DNA from: Camelus ferus
Taxonomy: Eukaryota
Direction of reading: 5' to 3'
NCBI RefSeq assembly: GCF_009834535.1
Contig: NC_045704.1
Span: 40,176,001 to 40,240,000, forward strand
DNA length: 64,000 bases
In this document: piece by piece, positions 52,691-64,000 of the stretch
Layout: each line of letters starts with the position of its first letter
Numbering within the stretch: the first letter of the stretch is position 1
Translations under genes and position numbers: made by a program
The notes under the pieces: generated by a model
Told to the model about the DNA's origin: nothing
The model's database searches: none
What the model saw: the letters and a program-made list of their open reading frames with translations, nothing else

Positions 52691-53041
52691 TATGCTAGGA
52701 GAGAAGATTTCTGGCCTCCAGTGGAAGTGAAGCCAGCACTGCAAACCATTAGAGGGGAACAGTAAATAAAGACGTATACCATCTTCCTCTATTCTGTCTG
52801 CCTATTGATTAGAGAGCATTTGGCTTTATGTGGTCAGTCTATCTGCCTTTTCCAGAAATTGCAGCATTTACCAGGAGCTACAGTATTAGCAACCACATTG
52901 CAAAATATCATCCAAGATTATACATTTCCAATACTAAACATTATGTCAGTGCAGAACCAGAATGTAAACCCAGGAAAACAGACCCCTTCTTAACTCCTCA
53001 TATAGCCTGCCATAAGGAGTTTATTGTCTAGTTAGAAAGAC

Positions 53042-53528
53042 TGTTAAAGAAAAAACATATATATTTACGACACTTGTTGACGATGGCAAGAAAGGCTTTA
53101 TTCAAGAAGCGCCATGGCAATAGGTATAGAGAACACTGCAACGTGGTATCGCAATGGGAGATAGAGTGAGTCAATTCTGAACACACTGTGGGCCATAGGA
53201 GCTTATACTGAAGGAGTAGGGTGAGAGTCAATATATGGAAATTTATTAAGAGGATACATCAGGGGTAAGGGCGGATTCTGGCTAAACTGATCTAACATGA
53301 TTCTTGCTGCAGGCAGGCCAAGGTGATCATACATCACCTAGGGGCTGGTGGAGGATGAGGAAACTGATCAGACATTGAGAAAGGGGGTTCTGGTTAAACT
53401 GACTTAGCAGGATTTGTGTTAAAACTGGGCAACACAGAGACAAACAGGGAAGTTCAAAAGTCAGAGCTACTTGGAAAAGATTTCAAGGATTCCTGAGTAG
53501 GGTTTGGTCAATGAGAGAATCTCTGTTA
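53042..53528 (-). mobile_element. Solo ERV1 LTR, MER31-like
   Basis: tgttaaagaaaaaa...gacacttgtt...ctttattcaag...ggattctggctaaactgatctaacatgattcttgctg...gtttggtcaa. Confidence 0.8.
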
Positions 53529-54139
53529 AAATAAATACGTGGATAGAATTCAGGAAGATAGACTACTTAACTAGAGATAACCAGATAACTAGAGAAATAG
53601 TTAAGCCACGCATGGGGAATCAGAGAAATAAAATAGAGATGATGCTGACTCTGCCAGGGAACATAAGGGAAGGTTTTACTTGCTTTTAGTTTTGAAAAAT
53701 TTAGGTATGTTCCCGACAACAATGAGGAAGAGTGGGGGTGGAGTACGCACAAAGCCTCAGACACATGAATAACAAATAAAACTCCCCAGTGACACTAATT
53801 TAATTATCTTGATATTTCAAGAACACTGGATGCATACAGACATACATGTTGATAAGTATTTAAATTTGGAGGGAAGAAAACATCCTTCATAGCTCTAAAT
53901 TCTGATGTAAGTGGAAATTAAAAACTAACTTCAGATTTGACTTTCTTCAATGTCAATATATCTGAAATTTTTGTCCTCAAAAGTAACTCTTCTTCTAAGT
54001 ATATGATTTGAAGCTGATAGTTTTACATATCTCGTTTACTAAAGTTTTTTAGATTTATTTCTGAAATGTGGAATTATTTTATTTTTATATTGTATTTTAA
54101 AGAATAGCATGGTCTTCTAGTCTTTTGCTCTTCTTCAAA

Positions 54140-54290
54140 GTGAGTTTTGTAAATCAGCATATCCACCTCACTTAGGTGCTTGCTGGGAATGTAGTGACTC
54201 AAGTCCTACCCTAGGCTGGATGAGTAAGAATTGATTTTAACAAAAGTCTCACATAATCCTGTGCACATTAAAATTTGAGAAACACTTTTA
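54140..54290 (+). mobile_element. MER5A-like DNA transposon
   Basis: ttttaacaaaagtctcacataatcctgtgcacattaaaatttgagaaacact. Confidence 0.7.
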
Positions 54291-55740
54291 GAGTTGATTA
54301 AAACAGAAAGACAATTAACTCATTCCAGTCAGGGTTTCTGTCATTCTATCTTTGATAGAATGAATCTGATCCCTCCAAATAGCAATTCGGAAATTAATGC
54401 CTAAATGTTTGTAGGTTAATGGAAATTTACTCTCAGTACTCATATCAACTGGAAATAAATTTCGTTTTTGTTTGTTATCTGATAGCTAAATTCAGATTTT
54501 CAGGTGAAGGTGTCTCAGTCTCAACCCTCTCTCATTCAATGAAAAAGAATACCAGTTGTTTATTTCTGGATCCACATCTTGTCATGTCTTTTCTTCATTA
54601 ATCGCTTGGTTTTTTTTTTCCTGTGTGGCTCAGTTTTATTCTTGTTTTGTACCCTGCATTGAGCCTAGCTTCTAGTATCTTATAAACACAAATAGATACA
54701 CACCATGTGGGATTAAATCTATTTAAGAACCCATATTTCAATCAAAATGATGAAGCCACTGATTTTTTTTATATAAATATATAAATATGAAAAATAAGAA
54801 TTCTCTAATTTTTTAAAAACAAATTGCCAGCAGGAATTTTTGTTATTTCTCTGGATGTTAACAGGATGCTTCCGTAATTCATATGAAAATGAACTTTGCC
54901 TTAATGCATGTTCTCCTCAGGGCCTTTTGGTAGATTCCTGGCCATTTGGCCTGGCTTTTAACAAAATACAAGATGTATTTGTTTGTCCCACAGAACACCT
55001 TACTTCTGGTCTTCCTTTTTCCAGAAAGACTCCATTCTTCCTGAGAGGACCCCAGCTGTAGCTTTGATTGAGGCATTCATTCTACAGCTGGGGCAAGCTT
55101 TCTCTGAAATGCAGCTGGAAGAGGCATTTCAAAAGCCCACATTGTTATACAAATGCTTCTATTCTCCTTGTTAGAGGCAGACACCCAGTCAAGTGCCCAG
55201 ACACACAAGCTGTCAGAATGGAAGAGACATGAATTTCTCAAGACTATCATCATTTTTGGGTTCATCTTGCATCTGGAAAAATTCAGTAAAAATACATAGA
55301 ACAACCTAATCATTGGATGTTATGACCAAATTGTCAAATTGAAGATGTTATTCACAGTTCTTTTACTCACACCATGATTACACTGAAAGATACACAAGGA
55401 ATTGCCTCAGGGAGATGGCGACTGAATAAGATACAAGAAAAGCTGTCATAATCACAATTACTGGTTGCCCAGTAAAACTATGACTGTTTTAGAGAGTGAA
55501 AACTATAGGTTATCATAACCTGTTCTCTTTCAACATCAAAATCATATAGCCATTTTTCATATACAAATTTTATGTTTACCAAGCAACTTTGATAATTTTG
55601 CTTCCCACATATTTTTCCTACGAGGAAAGAACTACATAACTGGCAAACATACCACATATTAAGGGAGGGTCTTATGCTTCATTATAAGGGATAGGGAAAG
55701 TGCTCAATAATTATTGCTTTTTTTCCCTTAAGTTCAGTGA

Positions 55741-55841
55741 TTTTTTTTTTTTTTAACTTAAGTCTAGTTGACTTACAATGTTATATTAGTTTCAGGTGTA
55801 CAACATAGTGATTCAATATTTTTGTGGAATATGCACCACAC
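55741..55841 (-). mobile_element. Severely 5'-truncated L1MA-type 3' end with poly(A)
   Basis: T13 then aacttaagtctagttgacttacaatgttatattagtttcaggtgtacaacatagtgattc; imperfect flanking repeat aagttcagtga / aatttcagtaa. Confidence 0.85.
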
Positions 55842-56959
55842 AAATTTCAGTAACTACTACTTGAACAAAAATTGAATGGATTCGTTTGCATTCCAGTTTG
55901 TATAGGTGAATCTCTAGTGACATTCTGAAGGCAAAATGATCTCCTTAGAGCCAGTCAATTCTAGAGCAATGAGAAGATTGGATTTTTAGGTTCCAGATCA
56001 AAGGCCAGTCATTGGATCTCCAAAATAAGGTCATCTAACATGGACCCCTGGACTAAATCCATATGATAATATTATAAAATAATCTACAAAAGTCAGATTT
56101 CACATTGTCTAGTGTATTACAAATCACATATTCCTTGGCCAAGAGGATCTGAATAAATTGAGCATATGTGAATAATGTTTAACTGTTACAGAAACAAAGT
56201 TATTATCAATTGACACCCTTATATGCCACTGACCAGCACATTTATCACTTCTATATGCAAGATGTATCTTTTCCTATCTGCCATGATCTAAGTAAGCTTA
56301 GAATATTTTTCTGTCTTATCTCCCTAATCAGTACAGCATTGACAGAACTTTATTGCTTCACAAATCACGGTTCTAAACTTCTGTGAGCATTATATTTTGC
56401 TTACTGATTGTTCCCATGGCGATTTCCTGAATAAAAGAATAATGTCTTTGATCAAAGGATCCTGGGTTTCATTTTAGGAGGTCAGGTTAATGGTGCTGTA
56501 CGCTACATTTGAAGACATTTTATTTTAGAGACACAGCTTGACTTTCAGCCACAAAACTTAATGAAAAGACTTTTTTGGTTATATTTGATCATTTCTACCT
56601 GAATAGTATGCCTGTTTCCTTCCTATTTAAAAAGTCTGACATCATGCTTTTAGAATAATTGTGCAGTCTTCTCTTTTTCTAGTCAAGCTTGTTTAACTGA
56701 AGGACCCAAATACAGCCAAGAACAGATTTAAACTTCTAGGTGTCATTTAAAGATGCAGTAAGATATGGAAGAGAGAGTTTGGGCTCGGAGTCCAGGGGTC
56801 TTTAAAGCCCCAGGATTGTCAGGTTCATAGACGTTGCCTGTTCCAACAGTTCATGATGTGGGTGTTGTCCTCAGCATCATCCCCATCAATAAATCATCTA
56901 CTTGTTTAGATTTTTAAAATTATATTAAGTAATTAAAATATTAAAAAGTTGAAACAAAT

Positions 56960-57035
56960 GAAAAAAAAGAAAGAAAAAAGAGAGGGAGGGAAAGAGAGAG
57001 AGGGGAAGGAGAGAAAAGAAAAGGAGGAAAGGAAA
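56960..57035. repeat. 76-nt pure polypurine tract
   Basis: Only A and G on the + strand across the interval. Confidence 0.95.
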
Positions 57036-57448
57036 TAGCTACTCTTACTTCCCATCACTCAGAAGTAACCATTTAACTCTAGACTTTCTTGAAACATAAT
57101 AGAAATGGGAATTCAATTTCTAAACATCCTTTTCTACATTTTGGGCTCTGATTATTTCTTGAATGGCCTACGTTGGCATTTTGTAGCTTTCACCACTGAA
57201 GCATGTCTAATTTTGACTTCTTCTGATATTTAAAGAAGACATTACACCTCTTCTGAGTCTACTTTCCTCCCAAGAGAACACAGACAGAATTATTGAAACT
57301 TTCTAGAGTATTCAAATATGGATTTCTGTTGTCTTCCCAAAGCCTGGAATTATTGCCTTCTCAGAAAAAATAAAAAACAAGAAAACAAAAAGATGTTTGT
57401 GACTGAAGAGGTAAAAGGCAGTGACCAATGGCAGTAAAAGGAAATTTA

Positions 57449-57489
57449 GTGTGTGTGTGTGTGTGTGTGTGTGCACGTGCGCGTGTGTG
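57449..57489. repeat. (GT)n/GC alternating tract at an L1 tail
   Basis: Read directly; abuts the L1MC 3' end. Confidence 0.95.
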
Positions 57490-57820
57490 AATAAACTACT
57501 TTTCAGAGCAGTTTTATTTTACAGCAAAATTAAGCAGAAGGTACAGTGGTTCCCTATATATCTCCTACCCCAACCTATATACAAACTCCCCAAATGCCAA
57601 TATCCCCCAACAGAGTGACAGATTTGTTACAGTTGATGAACCTACACTGACGCATCATTATCTATCCAAAGGCCATAGTTTGCATGAGAGTTCACTTTTG
57701 GTATTCTACAGTCTATGGATCTGAACAGATGTACAATGACATTTATCTATCATTACAGTATCATACAGAGTAATTTCACTACCCTAAAATATTCCTCTGT
57801 GTTCTACCTATTTATCCCTT

Positions 57821-57994
57821 NNNNNNNNNNNNNNNNNNNNNNNNNNNNNNNNNNNNNNNNNNNNNNNNNNNNNNNNNNNNNNNNNNNNNNNNNNNNNNNN
57901 NNNNNNNNNNNNNNNNNNNNNNNNNNNNNNNNNNNNNNNNNNNNNNNNNNNNNNNNNNNNNNNNNNNNNNNNNNNNNNNNNNNNNNNNNNNNNN
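57821..57994. other. Assembly gap (174 N)
   Basis: Run of N. Confidence 1.
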
Positions 57995-58460
57995 AACAAA
58001 GAATGCTGCTAACCATATGGTTCTGTAAGAATTAAGTCATTAGCCACTGCAGTCACTGACCTACAGTATATCCTGAAACGAATTCAAGAAGAAAGAACAG
58101 GACAAAGCATTCTGTGCTTTGGGAAAACAGACAAAATGGCCCTTAGCTGGCTAGATATATTCCGGGAGACATTTTTTATGAACCCAGAGTCTTGCATCTT
58201 CTCATACTTAGAAAAGCACTAAAATCATTAACCAAGACAACTTCCTCCTGTGACTAGCAGCAACCTTCTACCAAGATGCATACTAGATGGCACATTTTCC
58301 CTAGCCAAAATCTCATATATTCTGTCCTCTCCCCTTACCTCTTCAGAGCAATTCCTCCATGCTATCTGAGAGGCTGTCTCCTGGGCTATAGTCCTTAGTA
58401 AGACACTGAATAAAACTCAACTTGCAGTTCTCACATTGTGCTTTTTTATTTCCAGTCAAT
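57995..58460 (+). mobile_element. ERV LTR (MER73/MER74/LTR53-like), 5' end lost in the gap
   Basis: tgagaggctgtctcctgggctatagtcctt...tgaataaaactcaac...ttccagtcaata. Confidence 0.7.
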
Positions 58461-58944
58461 AACTTGATAGCACATTAAACAGTATTCCATTGTCTCAGTA
58501 TACATTTTAGTCATTCATTCACCTACTAAAGGACATCTTGGTTGCTGCCAAGGTTTGGTAATTATGAATAAAGCTGAGATAAACATCTCTGTGCATATTT
58601 TTGTGTGCACACAAGTTTCCCACTCCTTTAAGTAAGTAACAAGGAGCATGATTGTCGGACTGTATGGGAAAAGTATATTTAGTTTTGTTGGAGACTGGCA
58701 AACTATCTTTCAAAGTGGCTGTGCCATTCTGTATTCCCACTAACAATGAATGGGAGTTCCTTACTGCCCCACATCTTCATCAGTATTTGGTGTTCTCTGA
58801 TGGTATCTCACTATTGCTTTAATTCAAATTTCCCTGATGAAGCCTGCTATGGAAGATGTTTTCATATGTTTATTTCCCATTTACATATCTTGTTTGGTGA
58901 GGTGTCTGTTATAGTCTTGGGCCCAAGTTTTAGTTGGTTTAAGA

Positions 58945-59824
58945 TAAAAAAACAAAACAAAACAAAAAAAACTTCTGTGTTTCTCTTTAACTCTCACACT
59001 CACAATATTTCTGACATGAGATGATGGGTTTTTTCCCCCTATACCACCAATTCTCCCACACCAGCGATTATGTAACAATTCAGTTCCATTCAGTTTTGAT
59101 ACTAATTGAGTTAGCACAGACCCCAGAGGTTAAGGGTTCAGTCCCACAAGACTGGCCTCCTGCTTCAGGCACCAAACAGTTGGTCCTCAGGTGTCCCACA
59201 TCTTGTATAACTTGGCCACAAATTGGAGGTTCCCACAACTCTCTCCTTGGGTTCTATAATTTGCTAGAATGGCTCTCAGACCTGGGGAAAACAGTTTACT
59301 TCATAGATAATCAGTTTACTATAAAGGGAACAGCGGATGGAAGAGATGCATTGGGCAAAGTATGCAAGAAGGGGTGCAAAGCTCTCCATGTGTGACAGTC
59401 TCCCTAGAACTCCAACTATTCACCAACCTGGCAGCTCTCCAAACCACAAAGTTCAGAGATTTTTATGGAAGTGTCATCATGTAGATATGACTAATTAACT
59501 CAATCTCTAGTCCCTCATCTCTCCCTGGAAGATGGGAGGTGGGCTGAAAGTTCAAGCTTCTAATCATGGCTTGGTCTTTTTTGGCGACCAGCCACCACAC
59601 TGAAATTTTCCAGGAGCCCACCAAAACTTGCCTCATCACAACAGAAGATGCTCCTGTCACTCAGGAAACTCCAAAGGCATCTCTGTGTCAGGAATCAGGG
59701 TCAAAATCCAAATATTATGACAAAAGATGCTCTAGCACCTTTATTGCTTACAGAATTACAAAAGTTTTAGGAGCTTTGGCTAAGAACTGAGGATGAAGAA
59801 CAAAATATATACTTCTTATTGCAT
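58945..59824 (-). mobile_element. MER21-like LTR
   Basis: gagttagcacagaccccagaggttaagggttcagtcccacaagactg...ataatttgctagaatggctctcaga...aagttcaagcttctaatcatggcttggtc. Confidence 0.9.
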
Positions 59825-59954
59825 NNNNNNNNNNNNNNNNNNNNNNNNNNNNNNNNNNNNNNNNNNNNNNNNNNNNNNNNNNNNNNNNNNNNNNNNNNNN
59901 NNNNNNNNNNNNNNNNNNNNNNNNNNNNNNNNNNNNNNNNNNNNNNNNNNNNNN
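59825..59954. other. Assembly gap (130 N)
   Basis: Run of N. Confidence 1.
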
Positions 59955-60397
59955 AGCTTGTGCTTTCATTCTCTTGACAGTGTCTTTTATAGAGTGGGAA
60001 ATTTTAATTGTAATGAAGCCCAGCTTATTAATTCTTTCATGTAACATGCCTTCAATGTTATATTTAAAATGTCACTGCCAAACCCGAAGTTATCTAGATT
60101 TTCTCCTACATCGTCTTCTAGAAGCTTTATAGCTTGGGTTTTACATTTAGGTCTGTGACCCATTTTGAGTCACTTCTGGTGAAGAGTGTAAGATCTATGT
60201 CTAGATTATTTATTTAGGCATTATTTTGCATGTGGTGGAAATTTAGTTTTCCTGACAGTTCAAAATGGTGATTTTGAGATTGATCCTGAACATTATGTGT
60301 AATTTGAATCCGAACCTTTTAGTAAAATATGCAGAACTTAGTCTCAAATAGAAATATATATATATATATACATATATATACATACATGTATCTTTTT

Positions 60398-60888
60398 TGA
60401 AGCCCAGGGCAGGCCACACCAGAATATGCTTCAATGGAAAACTGATTATTTTGTATGAAAGTTACTTAAGAAGCTACCAGTGCAAGAGAGATATCTTGTA
60501 TCCCTGAGAGCAAGAAATAAATCTCCCATGTGCAAGGCTCACTTCTTGCTTTTGGAGGTGGAAGGACACCCTAATCACCAGAGATAGGGAATCTGGGCTG
60601 AGAGCCACCTACATAAACAAACCTTGTCACTTCTTTACTAATCTACTACCCTAAGGCCAAACTCTGTTTAGATTCTTTACTAATTAAGTGCCCAAAGCTT
60701 AAATTTCTTTGTCCTGTTAATTCCTCACAAATTTATTGTCTAAAAGGTATAAAAGCTGCCTGCCTTAGCAACTTCTTAGGTCGCATTTCCATGCATATGA
60801 ATTAAAATTTGCTTCTTTTTCTCCTTGTTAATCTGTGTCATGTTAATTTTATTATTTGTCCAGCCCCAAGAACTCCCCCTCCTTGATA
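60398..60888 (+). mobile_element. Solo ERV1 LTR, MER34/MER39-like
   Basis: tgaagccc...cagaatatgc...ctgattatttt...ggtataaaagctgcctgcc...gttaatctgtgtcatgttaattttattatttgtccagcc. Confidence 0.8.
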
Positions 60889-61079
60889 ATTCAATTTGAG
60901 GGCATCAAAAAGTCTTATCCATCAAATGGACATCATTCATAAATCTTCAAGCTGAGAACCACTAATAACTTCAAGTTCAACAGTAGGAAAGACAGGAGGG
61001 GATGTCCACTTTATATAGTCAGCGATTGGAGAACAGAAGCTCAAGTTTCTGCAATTAAGCGTATCTTTGTTTTCCAATT

Positions 61080-61330
61080 CAACTCAACCTAATAACAACA
61101 GTAGTGACATGAATAAGCATTTACTAGATGATAAACATGACAATAAAATATTTTGTATGTAGTACCTCATTCAACCTTTACAACACTGCCATATAGTAAA
61201 ACAGAATAAAAATAAAGAGTTAGAGACAGTAAGTACATTTCTTAAGGCCCCTGAACTACTAAGCAGAAACCTAGGGTTACAAATGAAAGAACATCTGAAT
61301 TCTAAATACCATACAATCCTCTTGTACCTC
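61080..61330 (-). mobile_element. MIR
   Basis: ataagcatttactagatg...ctcattcaacctttacaacac...cttaaggcccctgaactactaagcag. Confidence 0.65.
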
Positions 61331-62166
61331 TATCCCAGTTCTACTCTCTTGGGAATCTCTCTCAAAGTCTTGTCCTGATGCACGACACAAATATTACAGA
61401 GCATCCAAAGTCATTGCTACCCCTTGTTGACATCTGCTTCTTGCCAAAATGTACCACAAACATCGCTTGGTGAAAGTTTTACAGTAAGTCACTGTTTTTG
61501 CCTACATCCACATAATACTTCATTATATTTTAAGTAATAATGACCCATGCATTCAACGGGACTTTGTTAATTTTAATACTGTACAAACCATACAAATACT
61601 ATGTAGAAATTCATCTTTTATTAACAGCATCAATTCAATGAGAAATTATACTGTCACGGTTCATACTGCTAAGAACCATTTATATTCATCTCATCTTCCT
61701 GATTTCCTCTAAATCCTATTTCTACACAATCCTGATATATTCTTCCTTGAAATATGTTATTTCAGATAAAGCATGCATATATTTAAAATTATAATTGTAT
61801 GATTTGTATAGAAATTTAAATACCATAACTTGTTGGGAACCAGAGTTTCATGAGAAGACAGGGAATTTGGGATCCTTGAAAATTAACCATGCCATCAAAA
61901 ATGAAAAAGGCTGGAACAATTACACTGATATGACCTTGTGTCATAGAAATATTTCTAGAATGGAACACAGAAAACAGACCCTGCCAACAATTTGGGTGTT
62001 ATCTTCTTCTGGGCTTCTCATCTATAAACCTAGTATCTTTGATTAGTTTGACGGTTCTGTAATCTGTCAGGGAGGACACTGGAATCACTGGAGAGGCTTA
62101 CTATAAATAGTTTCCTGGTCCCACTTCCCAGGATCGCTGAGGCAATGATGTTTTAGGATATGGGTG

Positions 62167-62210
62167 TATGTATGTATGTATGTATGTATGTATGTATGTA
62201 TGTATGTATG
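62167..62210. repeat. (TATG)11 tetranucleotide repeat
   Basis: Read directly. Confidence 0.99.
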
Positions 62211-62372
62211 TAGATACGCAGGTATTCATTTTATAGTCTCTCCAGGTGATTTTCATAGTCTGAAAGTTAGTCTTTCAGAATGGATTTTATCTGAGATTCC
62301 TCCCGGTTTTAGGATCTTTTTACCCATCAAAATCATTATTGTTCCTATGAGTCTGAAAGTGTTTTATAGTGG

Positions 62373-62716
62373 TGTAAATTAACAAGATGGGCATTAGGCT
62401 GGTTCTAATGCCTTACACTGCAATATACACACAGAACCTAAGCCTATAAATGCCTCAAAGTTAAGAAATCAAAACCTAATGACAACCAATCACAAACAGC
62501 CAAGTAGGCTTTTCTAAATAAGGCAAATGCTTGTGCTACAACTAATCAAACAGCACCCTTGCTTTGCTTCCAGCTTTTCTCCATGTAAGTCTTTCCCCTA
62601 ACTCCTGTCTGTGGAGCGCTCCTAACCATTTCCGGTTTGCTGCTTCCTGCTTCGAACTGATTTTTGTTCAGGTAAACTCTTAAACTGTTTAAGATGCCTC
62701 AGTCTGTCTTTTAACA
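62373..62716 (+). mobile_element. Solo ERV1-class LTR (MER57/65/67-like) with perfect 4-bp target-site duplication
   Basis: TG...CA termini; GTGG at 62369-62372 and 62717-62720; internal aaccaatcac and aataaggcaaatgc motifs. Confidence 0.88.
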
Positions 62717-63399
62717 GTGGACTGGATGATTTGGGGGCTCAAGTACGTGTACTACAGCCATACCAGAACAGTCAACCGGAAGAAGCAGTACGAGCTGGAG
62801 GAAGCAGAGGGGACGGCTCTCTGCTGTCATGTACTACACCGTTCTCAGCACCTTTTCCTTCCCGGAAGTATGATTCTTTTTCTGCCCAGAAAATTGATGC
62901 TCTTATCCCTCAAATTTAACTTTCTTCCCAAGGTGGCCTTCCCAAGGAGTGCATTTTATATAAGAGGAACTCCTTGCCATGTAACAGACTCCATCTGGCA
63001 GAGCCCCCAAGAAGGCAAAGGGCAGCTCAGCTGGCAGGGAGTGGCACCAGCTCTCCCTGGGTCACACGGACTACCGACAACCTGTTGAGGCTCTGTCTGC
63101 TTAACTGCATAAGGAAATTTCTTGATTTTGCTCTTGCTGCTGAACAGTCAGAAGGCAGAGTTTGAGTAGTTTAATATGATTTAACTGCTGGCTGTACTCG
63201 CTCTCTTATTTTAGTGTATTGGGTGAGAAGTCACTGCACGGAAGCCACTGCAAGAGCAGAAGTAATTCTTTAGTTCTGTTATGTAAGAAATATTTATTTT
63301 GTACCTATTATATGACACTGGAAATAGAGTAGGAAATAGGAAAAACAAGTTCCCTGTCCCCATGGATCTTATACTTCAGTGGGAAATAGTCATGGCAAT

Positions 63400-63610
63400 G
63401 ATGATAATTATAATAAATGCAGATGCTACTTACTGAGAATGCACCAGGAAGCATGCTCGATGCTGCAGCAACCTGTGACCCCATAACATCCTGGAGGTAG
63501 GTATGACCCTTCTCTTGATTTTACAGTGTGGATCTTGGGAAACAGAGTCAATTAGCCAAATGTGAAACTAAAGGGAAACTCAGGTCTGTGATCCCAATCT
63601 GGTCCTATTC
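63400..63610 (-). mobile_element. MIR
   Basis: cataacatcctggaggtaggtatg...ttttacag. Confidence 0.7.
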
Positions 63611-63639
63611 TGTTTTGAATTATGACCTGGATTTCAAAG

Positions 63640-63780
63640 ACTTCATTACTCTCCAGCTGTCTAGCCTAAACAAGTCACTTAATTTCCATGAATATCTGAT
63701 GATCAGATTCTTCATTTGTGAAATAGGATTAAAAAATATCTACCTTGCAGTGAGCTTGTGAGAATTAAATAAAATTAGAG
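63640..63780 (+). mobile_element. MIR
   Basis: aacaagtcacttaatttcc...ttcttcatttgtgaaatagg...ttgtgagaattaaat. Confidence 0.75.
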
Positions 63781-64000
63781 GAAAAAAAAAGTTCCTAACT
63801 CAAAGTCTGGCCAGCAATTCATTAATGCCTATTCTTTTTCTGAACCTCTCCCACAATCTACTTTTCACTAACTTCCTCTGGAAAACAGGCAAAAGGTAAA
63901 TTACTGAAACACATAATCAATCACATCATTAGAAATAGGGAATTTGGCCAGGCTGGTTGGTGGGGCTTACACATGACCCTGTGATAGTCTTCCTTTCTGT

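Larger units (their letters stand above)
57490..60290 (-). mobile_element. L1MC-like 3' region interrupted by two LTRs and two gaps
   Basis: L1 sequence at 57490-57820, 58461-58945 and 59955-60290, colinear with the L1MC at 31.1-32.3 kb. Confidence 0.85.

Noticed and set aside
57715-60047. ORF-track entries containing long X runs
   Set aside because: Artefacts of translation through N gaps.
12863-60888. Two same-orientation MER34-like LTRs as the ends of one provirus
   Set aside because: 47 kb apart, dissimilar internally, and no gag/pol/env between them; independent solo LTRs.
1-64000. tRNA, rRNA, snRNA or CRISPR features
   Set aside because: None seen; tRNA-like similarity is limited to degenerate MIR heads.

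Overview
AT-rich placental-mammal genomic DNA, apparently intronic or intergenic. I recognise no intact protein-coding gene. Much of the window is ancient interspersed repeat: MIR, L2, MER5A, MaLR LTRs (MLT1), ERV LTRs (MER34-, MER31-, MER21-like and others) and several L1M fragments, with many (CA)n microsatellites and two N gaps. The only clear protein homologies are a minus-strand processed pseudogene of SNRPG (Sm protein G) and decayed L1 ORF1/ORF2. I saw no primate, rodent, ruminant, pig, carnivore or horse SINEs. Best leads: (1) three minus-strand candidate exons whose splice phases join into one reading frame broken by a single TGA; (2) a ~54-bp templated insertion inside an MLT1 LTR, copied from 2.7 kb away; (3) the SNRPG retrocopy, which lost both start and stop codons yet keeps a 122-codon ORF; (4) a CpG-retaining homeodomain/POU motif cluster near 18.5 kb. 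I cannot support a claim of a novel biological system; these are testable hypotheses. Repeat family names come from recalled consensus sequences, not a database search, and repeat boundaries are approximate.
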